Of a stretch of 64,000 bases of DNA, positions 8,870 to 16,812 are shown one piece after another. The notes under the pieces were generated by a model that was given only the letters and a program-made list of their open reading frames with translations, searched no databases and was not told the DNA's origin. Source of the DNA: a virus (Duplodnaviria > Caudoviricetes); the IMG/VR virus record IMGVR_UViG_2513237100_000001, positions 22,043 through 86,042 of that record; one strand, 5' to 3'. The position numbers and the translations under genes are program-made. How positions within the stretch are numbered: position 1 is the first letter of the stretch; every line of letters starts with the position of its first letter.

Positions 8870-9268
8870 ATGCGACACACCAACCGGCAGACCGCCACCA
8901 AGACCCTCACCGACATCTACCGCAGCATCGACAAGGCCCAGGCGGTCACGATCACGTACCTCGACGAGGACGGCACCGAGTCGGTGCGGACGATTGAGCC
9001 GTTTGATGTCCGCACCACCAAGTCCGGCCGCATTCAGGTCCGCGCAATGTGTCGACTCCGGGGCGAGGCCCGCTCCTTCTACCTCCACCGGATCGTGTCG
9101 TACACGCTGCACCGGATGGCGTTCGTCCTCGACCGGCCGGAGGCAACAACTGCGGCCGGGGCCGTCATCGTGGTGCGTAGCGCCGCACAGGTCATCGCCC
9201 GCGAACTCGGCCGGGACTACCTGCCCCGCACCGCCGTCACCCACTCAGACACCACGCTCGCCGCCTAG
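8870..9268 (+). CDS. stand-alone WYL-domain protein
   Basis: AVTITYLDEDGTESVRTIEPF...VRAMCRLRGEARSFYLHRI. Confidence 0.85.
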   Translation: MRHTNRQTATKTLTDIYRSIDKAQAVTITYLDEDGTESVRTIEPFDVRTTKSGRIQVRAMCRLRGEARSFYLHRIVSYTLHRMAFVLDRPEATTAAGAVIVVRSAAQVIARELGRDYLPRTAVTHSDTTLAA

Positions 9269-9277
9269 GAGGCACCT

Positions 9278-9562
9278 GTGAACCTGCCGGACATCACCGC
9301 CCCGGACATGACGGGTCCGGTTGTGTGGATCCTCTCCGAGGGTGAGATGCATGAGGGCGGCTCGATCCTCGGGGTCTACCTTGACCGCGACCTTGCCCGA
9401 GGCGCTCTCACCGCTGCCGCCCGGAAGCTGCACGACCGGTTCACGATCGATGATGCCCGTCAGGACGACGACGGTTCCATCCACGTCGAAGGTGGGTGCG
9501 ACTGGATCGCTCTCGAACCGCACCCGGTTGTCACTGCGGCGCAGGTAGAGGCCGAGGCATAG
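9278..9562 (+). CDS. hypothetical protein
   Basis: AGGAGG RBS; followed by a hairpin. Confidence 0.65.
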   Translation: MNLPDITAPDMTGPVVWILSEGEMHEGGSILGVYLDRDLARGALTAAARKLHDRFTIDDARQDDDGSIHVEGGCDWIALEPHPVVTAAQVEAEA

Positions 9563-9596
9563 CAAGGCCACCTCCTGTGCAGGGGGTGGCCTTGCT
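9561..9596. terminator. intrinsic terminator hairpin
   Basis: AGCAAGGCCACC...GGTGGCCTTGCT. Confidence 0.7.
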
Positions 9597-9672
9597 GCGG
9601 GCGTACCCGTCAGATAACGGTGATTGTACAAAAACAGGATCACATCCGCTACCCACACCGGACACTGACCCC

Positions 9673-9867
9673 ATGACCAACCAACAACAACTCCACCTCG
9701 ACACCCAAGCACCCGCCCACCGATACCGGTACTGCCGACGCTGCGGACGACCCCTCACCGCCCCCGGGTCACGCTTCCGCGGCTTCGGGCCCGACTGCGA
9801 CCCCACCCGGCACCCCACCGCTGCGGCCACCCGCGACATCGACCAAGACGCCCTGCCCGGCACCTAG
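9673..9867 (+). CDS. DUF6011-like small Zn-ribbon protein
   Basis: CRRCGRPLTAPGSRFRGFGPDC. Confidence 0.7.
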   Translation: MTNQQQLHLDTQAPAHRYRYCRRCGRPLTAPGSRFRGFGPDCDPTRHPTAAATRDIDQDALPGT

Positions 9868-9876
9868 GAGCCCATC

Positions 9877-10092
9877 GTGAGACCCCTGAACCCTCCAACC
9901 GAGACGGACGCCGTTGAAGGCGAGCAGGACCCCTTCGGGCCGTACGAGTTCGTCGAGATCCATGATCGATGCCTCGGTGCGGAGGGGGACTGCGACTGGC
10001 AACGCTGCACCCAACGCCGGAGCACCTGCCGCTGCATGTGCCCCGCTTGCTGCGGCGACACCCCCGACGTCTGGGGTGCACCCGTCTACTGA
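9877..10092 (+). CDS. small Cys-rich protein
   Basis: AGGAG RBS; CRCMCPACCG. Confidence 0.5.
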   Translation: MRPLNPPTETDAVEGEQDPFGPYEFVEIHDRCLGAEGDCDWQRCTQRRSTCRCMCPACCGDTPDVWGAPVY

Positions 10093-11168
10093 CCCGGTGG
10101 TTCCAGCAGCGGGACCACGTCCACGGACCGGCGGATCTGCTCCATCGTCGTCGGCAACGGCTCCCACCCATACTCGCCAGCCATCACCCAGTTCAACGCC
10201 GTGATCCCCCGCGCGTACGCCTGCCGCAACCCCTGCGCCCTGAGCGGAATCCCCGTCGGCCCCGCCTTCGACGGCGTCAGCGACACCCACAACGCCGACC
10301 GGCCGCCCATCAAGGGCACCTCATCAACCAGCCGCTCCCGAACCTCCAGCCAACGACGCACCGCCACCCGGGACCCTTCCCGCAACTCGAACCACTCCAC
10401 CTCCGGCACCGGCGGCAACGCGGCCGCAACCTCCAGCACCCGGGCCTCCGCCGCCAACGACCGGTCATGCCCCAGCCCCGACAAGACCTTCGCCACCGTC
10501 GACGGATGCAACCCCGTCACCGCGGCGACCTCACCGACCCGAGCCTCATCCCGCCGCTGCGACTGCCGGCGCACCCCAACCGCCACCAACCCCGGCGCCA
10601 GGTCGTCCAACGTCTGCCGGGCCAACTCCCCCGACCGCGGCGCCGCGTCCAGGAGAACGGCGACCATCGCCAGCAGCCGAGCCCGGTCCTCCGGCGACAA
10701 CGCCATCCCGTCCCGCTCCAGCGGGCCCCGACCGGCCAGGTCCACCATCCCCCGATACAACGCCGCCAGCGACCGGCCGCCCACGGTCGGCTTGAGCTCG
10801 GGTACTTCCAGCTCCGGCAACCGCACCCGCCGACCCGCGGGCAACACCCGGGCGGCCAGAATCTCCAAGCAGTTACGAACCACCCGGAGCGTCGTTACCG
10901 GCAGCGGTTTCCCCACGTCCTTGTCCCAGTGCCGCAGCTCGCCGGCCGCAGCCAGGTCCCAGAACGGGCGCAGCGCCGCCCACGTGAACAACTGGGCGGC
11001 CGTACGCGAGGAGCGGGCCGGCATCTCGTCCCGGCCCACCGCCCGGTCGAACATGCCGACAACCATCCGCAATTGCCGCAACCTGCCCTCGGACACCGTG
11101 CCCGCCATGCCGTCGACCACCGCGGCGAGCTGCCGCACCGATGCCGCGCTGTACTGCTTGGGGGTCAC
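10086..11168 (-). CDS. degenerate tyrosine-recombinase-like protein
   Basis: RARLLAMVAVLLDAAPRSGEL (box I Arg), ALWVSL, TMEQIRRS at the HxxR position; the protein ends before any catalytic Tyr. GTGA-coupled to the Cre-like gene. Confidence 0.7.
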   Translation of the reverse strand: MTPKQYSAASVRQLAAVVDGMAGTVSEGRLRQLRMVVGMFDRAVGRDEMPARSSRTAAQLFTWAALRPFWDLAAAGELRHWDKDVGKPLPVTTLRVVRNCLEILAARVLPAGRRVRLPELEVPELKPTVGGRSLAALYRGMVDLAGRGPLERDGMALSPEDRARLLAMVAVLLDAAPRSGELARQTLDDLAPGLVAVGVRRQSQRRDEARVGEVAAVTGLHPSTVAKVLSGLGHDRSLAAEARVLEVAAALPPVPEVEWFELREGSRVAVRRWLEVRERLVDEVPLMGGRSALWVSLTPSKAGPTGIPLRAQGLRQAYARGITALNWVMAGEYGWEPLPTTMEQIRRSVDVVPLLEPPGQ

Positions 11169-12313
11169 GTGGGCCCCTCGCTCTGGGCGGCGGCCTTCTT
11201 CGCGATCTGGGACAGCGGGTTGCGGTCCCCAGTGCTGTCCTCCTCGTCGATGTACCCGATCAGGGCCTTCGACCGGTCGTCCCACCCGCCGTGCCGGCCG
11301 ATGTCCACGATGTCAGCCCCCGCGGCACGGGCACTCTTCACCAGGCCGCGGCGCAGTGAGTGCGACGTCCACTTTCCTGGCAGGCCGGTGCGGTGGATGG
11401 ACCGGCTGACGACGTCGGAGGCCCCGTTGATGCTCATCCGTCCGTCCGGGTCCCCGATCGGCTCACCCTTGCGGGTCATCTCGGCACCCATGTATCCCCA
11501 CTGGTCGATCCGCATGAACAGCGGCCCCTTGGTGTGCCCTTCGTGTGCGAGGGCTTCCACGAGACTGCGTACAGCGGCGACGGTACACAGGTCGTGGTCC
11601 GGGTCAGGCTGGACTTCGACGTTCTGCCACTTCTTCCGCTTCTTCCGGTACACCCGCACGGTGAACCCGCCTCCGGGCAGGTCGGTGAAGCTGCCCGGCC
11701 AGTTCAGCGGTGCGAGTTCGCTGCCTCGGGAGGCGATGGCGTGCCCGAGGAGCATGAGGGCGGCGTCCCGCTTCCCGACGAGGGTGTTCCGGTCGAGGTG
11801 GGCCAGGGCTTCGGAGAGGACGGTACGGTCGGCGGCCGTCGCCTTGTTCGGGGTCGCGGCCGGGTCCTGGGCTTCGGACAGTTCCCGCCGGTACCCGGCG
11901 ACGACCTTGCGGGCCCCCATGGTGTCCGGCGGCTTGTACCCGGCGGCCCGGTGGGAGGAGCGGATCGACGCGATGATCCGGTCCATCGTCGCGGGCCCGT
12001 ACGGCCGACCGGTTCGCTTGCGGGGCGTGCGCTTCAGGTAGGACAGGTATGCGGTGACGGTCTGCGGCGCGGCGGGCAGGACCCGGCGGCCCACCTGCTC
12101 GCACCATTCGGCGAACTGCTTCATGTCGCCCTCGTACGCCCGGCTGGTGTCCTTCGGGATGCCCGCCCTGACGTCCGCCTCGGCCTCGGGCGGCAGCCAC
12201 GCGTCCGGGTCCTCCTTGGCCAGCGGAACAGCCGGGGCCCGGTCTTCAGGGATCGCGGGGAGCAGGTCACCCTCGATCAACTCCCCGTCCATCACGTTGT
12301 CGTGCTCGGTCAT
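11165..12313 (-). CDS. Cre-like tyrosine recombinase
   Basis: TSRAYEGDMKQFAEWC...LPAAPQTVTAYL; RDAALMLLG..ASRGSEL; SHSLRRG; RHGGW...LIGYI. Confidence 0.9.
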   Translation of the reverse strand: MTEHDNVMDGELIEGDLLPAIPEDRAPAVPLAKEDPDAWLPPEAEADVRAGIPKDTSRAYEGDMKQFAEWCEQVGRRVLPAAPQTVTAYLSYLKRTPRKRTGRPYGPATMDRIIASIRSSHRAAGYKPPDTMGARKVVAGYRRELSEAQDPAATPNKATAADRTVLSEALAHLDRNTLVGKRDAALMLLGHAIASRGSELAPLNWPGSFTDLPGGGFTVRVYRKKRKKWQNVEVQPDPDHDLCTVAAVRSLVEALAHEGHTKGPLFMRIDQWGYMGAEMTRKGEPIGDPDGRMSINGASDVVSRSIHRTGLPGKWTSHSLRRGLVKSARAAGADIVDIGRHGGWDDRSKALIGYIDEEDSTGDRNPLSQIAKKAAAQSEGPT

Positions 12314-12564
12314 CGGCGCAGCCGGATCGTTCGTGCCGCCCGGTGAAGATCCTGGGCCATCGCCGCCTGCAACGCTGGCGTGTCCAAGACGAGCAAGCGC
12401 CCGGCAGGGCAGGCGGGACTCGTCATCACGGTGAGGACGGCATCCAGACCCTGCGATGCCACAGCATCGCGCACCTGTCCCTCGCGGTGAGGTTCGCAGA
12501 CGAGGGTGCGCCGCGCGTCACCGATGGCCTGCGCGTAGAACTTGATCTCCTCCTCCAAGGTCAC
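12310..12564 (-). CDS. hypothetical protein
   Basis: Coupled by overlaps to both neighbours. Confidence 0.6.
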   Translation of the reverse strand: MTLEEEIKFYAQAIGDARRTLVCEPHREGQVRDAVASQGLDAVLTVMTSPACPAGRLLVLDTPALQAAMAQDLHRAARTIRLRR

Positions 12565-12953
12565 GGTCGCCAGCCTTCCTGGTAGTCCGGGTGGTCGGCG
12601 TACGGCAGAAGCTCGTACGGAAGTAGCGCGGACGCCAAGTCGTACGAGTCGTGCCCAGCCTCGATGGCGTCAGACAGTGCGGCAAGACGCTTGCGTGCAG
12701 CCTGCGTCTCCCTCAGCGTTCGAGCCGGATCCTGTTTCGCAATGTGCTCGGCCTGCTCCTCGCTTGGAGACCCCTCATCGAAAACAACCGCCTCCGTGAA
12801 TACGTCGGCGTACTCCGGTGCGTTAGCGACGGACACGGGATAGCTTCCATCGGTTGTCCATTCGCCACTCAAGCCGTGGCGCGCACCCTCGGCGGTCCGC
12901 TCATCCTCGTCCAGACGTGACTGCCAGAACGCCAGCATTTCGGACTCGTTCAC
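12561..12953 (-). CDS. DUF6221-like phage protein (second copy)
   Basis: LAFWQSRLDEDERTA...AEHIAKQDPARTLRE...LPYADHPDYQEGWRP. Confidence 0.75.
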   Translation of the reverse strand: MNESEMLAFWQSRLDEDERTAEGARHGLSGEWTTDGSYPVSVANAPEYADVFTEAVVFDEGSPSEEQAEHIAKQDPARTLRETQAARKRLAALSDAIEAGHDSYDLASALLPYELLPYADHPDYQEGWRP

Positions 12954-13016
12954 GACCGTCTCCCCTGCTCTGATCTTTGACTCCATAGAAGGAACATTAC
13001 CAACAGTGATAGGCAT

Positions 13017-13054
13017 CACACTGCCCCGCGCGGACTGGCGCGCGGGGCAGTGTG
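13017..13054. terminator. strong hairpin
   Basis: CACACTGCCCCGCGCG...CGCGCGGGGCAGTGTG. Confidence 0.65.
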
Positions 13055-13390
13055 GACGTCTGTGTGAATCTTCGCTGTGCGCGATCCTAAGGATCAGGCC
13101 CGGATGCACGGAGTGCGGATCACCTTGTTCTCGCCCTTGTCGCGCCCGCAGATCCGGCAGGCACTCTCTATTGGGTGCTCAGGGCAGAAGGGGCGACCTC
13201 GCGAGTCCTGCGACCATCCTGCGACCAGGCGGCGTACCGGAGTTCGCCGGACGCAGTCGTCGACCTGGCAGCACGCCTGGGGCTTCGAGAGGAAGGGGCT
13301 CATGCTTCCAGCGTGGCACGGATGCGTTGTCGCGCTGCCCCCGCTCAAGGCATGCGCGTGTCCACCATTGCGGGCGCTCGTTGCCACGGT

Positions 13391-13570
13391 ATGAACGAAT
13401 TCACGCAGCAAGTGCAGGACGCGTACGACCGAGGCGGCAAGGGCGAGGCCCGAAAGGTCTTCCTGGACACGTGCCTTGAAAGGGACTGGACAAAGGACGA
13501 AATCGTCGAGGCCATCACGCTCTACAGGTCCTTCCCTATCAGGGAAGAGGCTGGCCACGCGTCAGCCTAG
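13391..13570 (+). CDS. small hypothetical protein
   Basis: MNEFTQQVQDAYDRGGKGEARKVFLDTC...; protein-like composition. Confidence 0.5.
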   Translation: MNEFTQQVQDAYDRGGKGEARKVFLDTCLERDWTKDEIVEAITLYRSFPIREEAGHASA

Positions 13571-13636
13571 CGGGCGCGCAGGGCCACCACGGCAGTACGG
13601 GGAACCACGGGCGGGACCACGTACCGAGCATCCGCG

Positions 13637-13795
13637 TCACGGGTACAGGAGCCGGGACAGTGGCGTGGGGCGGGCCCCGGGTTCGTGCGGCCGGTCCGGC
13701 GGTTCGGGCTCGGCCGCTGGCGCCTCGGTGACGATCTGGTCGTGCGGGTCCAGGCTGGCGGGTTCCGTGGCCGGCTCGGCGTGGTTCGCGCTCAC
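13637..13795 (-). CDS. small leaderless ORF behind an ACCAGGGG-box promoter
   Basis: GTG 6 nt after a -10-like GACCGT; VSANHAEPATEP... Confidence 0.35.
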   Translation of the reverse strand: MSANHAEPATEPASLDPHDQIVTEAPAAEPEPPDRPHEPGARPTPLSRLLYP

Positions 13796-13953
13796 GACTC
13801 CACGGTCCCACTGTGCGGGCGGGATGTTGCCCCTGGTGGTCTGTCACGGCGCGGTAAACGGGGAGGTGTTCCCCGGTTCTTCGCCAGGAGCGATCCTGCG
13901 GCGAGAGGGCGTGGAGTGCATTGGCGGGCGACACGCTGCATAACCCTTGGAAT

Positions 13954-13990
13954 CCTTGGGTTGCCAAACGTTACCTTGGGTTGCTAGCCT
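13954..13990 (+). promoter_or_regulatory. promoter of the small-gene array with repeated operator
   Basis: TTGCCA-N18-TAGCCT then ATG 6 nt later; CCTTGGGTTGC at 13954 and 13974. Confidence 0.6.
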
Positions 13991-13996
13991 GATGGC

Positions 13997-14311
13997 ATGA
14001 CAGGCACCGCAGAACCCACCGGCCGCTGCTACTGCGGCTGCGGCAAACTCGTCGGCTACGGCCGGTACTTCGCCGCCGGCCACGACAAGACCGCCGAAGC
14101 CGCCTTCCTCGCCCTCCACCACAACGGCACCGTCGCCCAGATGCTCCACGACCACGGCTATCGGGCCGTCGCCGACCGGGACGACGCCAAGTCCGTCACG
14201 AAGGCGGCCGTCGACCAGAAGTTGTGGCAGGAGTGCCCGAAGGGGTGCGGCTACCGAGGCGCCCGCGAAAGCATCAACAACCACGTCAACCGACACCACA
14301 AGGAGAACTGA
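13997..14311 (+). CDS. small Cys/His-rich protein
   Basis: CYCGCG...FAAGHD...CPKGC...H..RHH. Confidence 0.75.
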   Translation: MTGTAEPTGRCYCGCGKLVGYGRYFAAGHDKTAEAAFLALHHNGTVAQMLHDHGYRAVADRDDAKSVTKAAVDQKLWQECPKGCGYRGARESINNHVNRHHKEN

Positions 14312-14313
14312 CC

Positions 14314-14574
14314 ATGGCGCAGGTAACCGCCCGCGACGCCCTGACCTACTCGCTCAAGCGAGAGCAGGCCCAGTTCGCGGAGGAGGCCGAGCGGCTGGCC
14401 AAGCAGGCCGCGTACATCGCCGCGAACCCGGCCGCCACTGGTCGGACGATCTCCGGCGACATCGCCCGCCTGCTTCAGGAGGCCACCTTCCTCCTGAAGC
14501 GCGCCGCCACCATCGAAGCCGGACTCGAAGCTGTCGAGCTCATGGGTGCCGAAGCCATCACCACCGAGCAGTGA
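14314..14574 (+). CDS. cassette gene 1, helical protein ending TTEQ
   Basis: AAGGAG RBS; ends in the junction motif. Confidence 0.75.
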   Translation: MAQVTARDALTYSLKREQAQFAEEAERLAKQAAYIAANPAATGRTISGDIARLLQEATFLLKRAATIEAGLEAVELMGAEAITTEQ

Positions 14575-14585
14575 GGACGACGACC

Positions 14586-14756
14586 ATGGCGCTGTGCCGC
14601 GACTGCTCCCGCGTCATCCCGTGCCACTGCCACGTCGCACCAGCCGTACAGATCCGGCCCGGTGTGTACGAGGCGGGGACTCGACCGAGTGCACCACTGA
14701 CCATCGAAGAACGGCGGCGCCTCGTCGGGGGCCCGTCACCCACCACCAAGCAGTAA
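14586..14756 (+). CDS. cassette gene 2 (CxxC) ending TTKQ
   Basis: Starts and ends in junction motifs. Confidence 0.6.
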   Translation: MALCRDCSRVIPCHCHVAPAVQIRPGVYEAGTRPSAPLTIEERRRLVGGPSPTTKQ

Positions 14757-14767
14757 GGACTACGACT

Positions 14768-14965
14768 ATGAGTAACACCGTCACCCGGATCACGAATCGG
14801 CTGCACGAGGAAGCGCTGATCGAAAACGAGGAGCGCGACTGGTACCGAACGGGCCGAATCCCGTGCAGCGACTGCGGCACGATGGTCCGCACCAAGACCC
14901 TGGAAACCCTGCCGCCGCACGGCTGCACCGACCGCCAGCGTGCCCGACACGCCACCGAGCAGTGA
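14768..14965 (+). CDS. cassette gene 3 (CxxC...H.C) ending ATEQ
   Basis: Starts and ends in junction motifs. Confidence 0.7.
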   Translation: MSNTVTRITNRLHEEALIENEERDWYRTGRIPCSDCGTMVRTKTLETLPPHGCTDRQRARHATEQ

Positions 14966-14976
14966 GGACCACGACC

Positions 14977-15366
14977 ATGGAGGAAACCTTCCAGCACCAC
15001 TGGGGACAGGTCTACGAATCCTGCAACCCCGACGAGAAGAAGCACCTGATCATCGAATCCATCGACCGGGCCGCAGGAACCGCCAAGGTCAGCTTCCCCG
15101 GCGGACGCGGAGGCCGCGACCGAAACAGGCGACGGCGCACCATCAAGCTGTCCTCGCTCCATTCCACCGGAACAACCCGAACCGGAGCTCAGCGACGCAG
15201 CGGATATCGCCTCATGGCCGGTCCCCCGAAGAGCGGTGAGGACATGTGCGAGATGTGCTACCACTACTTCAACCGGCCTGACCTGGAATCCGGTTGCTGC
15301 CAGCCGTGTACACAGTGGCTGACGGAAACCTTCCCGCGCCCCTCCGTAAGGACCACCCATGCGTAA
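14977..15366 (+). CDS. cassette gene 4 (C-terminal Cys cluster)
   Basis: GQVYESCNP...IKLSSLHST...SGYRL; CEMC...CCQPC. Confidence 0.7.
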   Translation: MEETFQHHWGQVYESCNPDEKKHLIIESIDRAAGTAKVSFPGGRGGRDRNRRRRTIKLSSLHSTGTTRTGAQRRSGYRLMAGPPKSGEDMCEMCYHYFNRPDLESGCCQPCTQWLTETFPRPSVRTTHA

Positions 15367-15661
15367 CGTCGTTCCGCAAGACATCGACGACATCAGCGAA
15401 GACGACGTGAAGCGGATCGTCGGCTGGATCGGACGGCACGCACTGCCTGCGACGCTGCCGCACACCATGCCGGAGTACCGCACAGGGCTCGCCCTGGACG
15501 CGGCAGTCAACTGGACTGCGGATCACCTGAGGGCCCGGTACCCGTTGTTGTCAGCTCAAGAGCACCGGAACGTCGTACGCAACGACTGGAACATGCTCGT
15601 CAAGGTCGCAAGTGTGTGGAGTGACGAGGACGACTACCCCGGATGGCAGACCATCCGCTAG
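15359..15661 (+). CDS. cassette gene 5, hypothetical
   Basis: Preceded by GTAAGGACCACCCATG. Confidence 0.7.
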   Translation: MRNVVPQDIDDISEDDVKRIVGWIGRHALPATLPHTMPEYRTGLALDAAVNWTADHLRARYPLLSAQEHRNVVRNDWNMLVKVASVWSDEDDYPGWQTIR

Positions 15662-15893
15662 TAGCGGACCGCGACCATGACGACGTGCCGGGTATACGGC
15701 ACGGTCAAAGCGCCGCCTGACCGAAGCCCAACAGGCCATCAACGACGCCAGCGAGCAGTGAGGACCGCGACCATGAATGTCCGCAGGATCACCAGCGTGC
15801 CCATGAGCGGGCCTGCCACCTACGGCCCCGACGCGGGCAGTATCACGCGTTGGACGATTTAGGGGCGGGTTGGGCGTGGCAGCTCCGCGAGCA

Positions 15894-15927
15894 TGATCAC
15901 GTTATTAAAGTCGCAAAACTATAGGAC
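15894..15927 (-). repeat. 34-bp inverted repeat, right copy
   Basis: TGATCACGTTATTAAAGTCGCAAAACTATAGGAC. Confidence 0.9.
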
Positions 15928-15967
15928 AACGAGGGGCGAGCCCGAGAAACCCCGGACCACCCCACCC

Positions 15968-16348
15968 TCACACTCCAGTTCGGTTGTACTCATCCACCAA
16001 CGGATGCGGATCCGGCGGCGGGCCAACCGGGCTCCGTGCCCACCGGTACAGGTCGTCCATCGACCAGGAGAACGCCTGCAAAATCCGTTCCATGCGGGTC
16101 TGCTTCACCCGGATCTGCTCGTTCTCCGACCGCAGGAGACCGTTCTCCTTGTCCACCCGCTCAACCGTCGCCTGCAACACCGCCAGATCGGCCGTACGAA
16201 GAGCGGGAGCGGCCTGCGCGGCAGCCGCCGCCGTGTTCGCCGCCGCAGTCGCCTGAGCAGCCCGCGTCGTCGCACGGGCCGTGAACACCCCCGCTACAAC
16301 CATGCCAACCGTCCCCAGGACAGCCACCAGCCCAGACCAAATGCTCAT
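15968..16348 (-). CDS. lysis-cassette membrane protein (TM + coiled coil)
   Basis: MSIWSGLVAVLGTVGMVVAG then a heptad region. Confidence 0.7.
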   Translation of the reverse strand: MSIWSGLVAVLGTVGMVVAGVFTARATTRAAQATAAANTAAAAAQAAPALRTADLAVLQATVERVDKENGLLRSENEQIRVKQTRMERILQAFSWSMDDLYRWARSPVGPPPDPHPLVDEYNRTGV

Positions 16349-16812
16349 GCTGCGTTGCCTTTCCCAGGGCGGCAAGGCACTGGGGGAACCGAATACTCGG
16401 GAACCGTGGCCGCCCACATGATGACCCCGACATGCGAGGTGAGGTACCAGAGCGCAACAAACGCGCCCCGCGAATACTCGCCGCTGACGGCAGCAGCAAG
16501 ATAGGCGACAGCCCACACCGTGGGGGGCAGGAGTGCCGCCACGTAACCGGCCCAGTCACGACCGATACGAAGAAACGCGGAACTGACCGTGACCAGCCCC
16601 ACCACAATCCACAACCACGCCCAGTGCCGCAGCGAACACATAGACGTGAGAAGTCGCAGACCATGCGCGTCCGGAGGAGCAACGAGGAAGCTGATCCCCC
16701 AGCACGTTTTGCCGGCGCCGATGATGAGAAGGAAGACGCCGCGGCGGCCCACACGCTCACCCAGACGCCGCAGAGTGTGGCGTAGCGCTCGCAGAGGGGC
16801 CGCCGAACCCAT
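16345..16812 (-). CDS. lysis-cassette multi-TM membrane protein
   Basis: GRRGVFLL...; about four hydrophobic helices. Confidence 0.7.
   Translation of the reverse strand: MGSAAPLRALRHTLRRLGERVGRRGVFLLIIGAGKTCWGISFLVAPPDAHGLRLLTSMCSLRHWAWLWIVVGLVTVSSAFLRIGRDWAGYVAALLPPTVWAVAYLAAAVSGEYSRGAFVALWYLTSHVGVIMWAATVPEYSVPPVPCRPGKGNAA

Larger units (their letters stand above)
14561..15775 (+). repeat. six copies of a gene-junction motif CCACCGAGCAGTRAGGACNRCGACCATG
   Basis: 14561-14588, 14743-14770, 14952-14979, 15748-15775; degenerate copies at 15346-15361 and 15655-15679. Confidence 0.85.

Noticed and set aside
9969-12041. 690-aa + strand ORF
   Set aside because: Arg/Pro-rich shadow ORF opposite the recombinase genes, typical of high-GC DNA.
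11165-12313. Classical prophage integrase marking an att boundary
   Set aside because: Cre-like sequence, phage genes on both sides, and no tRNA or host genes nearby.
14561-15775. CRISPR array
   Set aside because: Intervals are about 70-370 bp, variable and protein-coding; no cas genes in the window.
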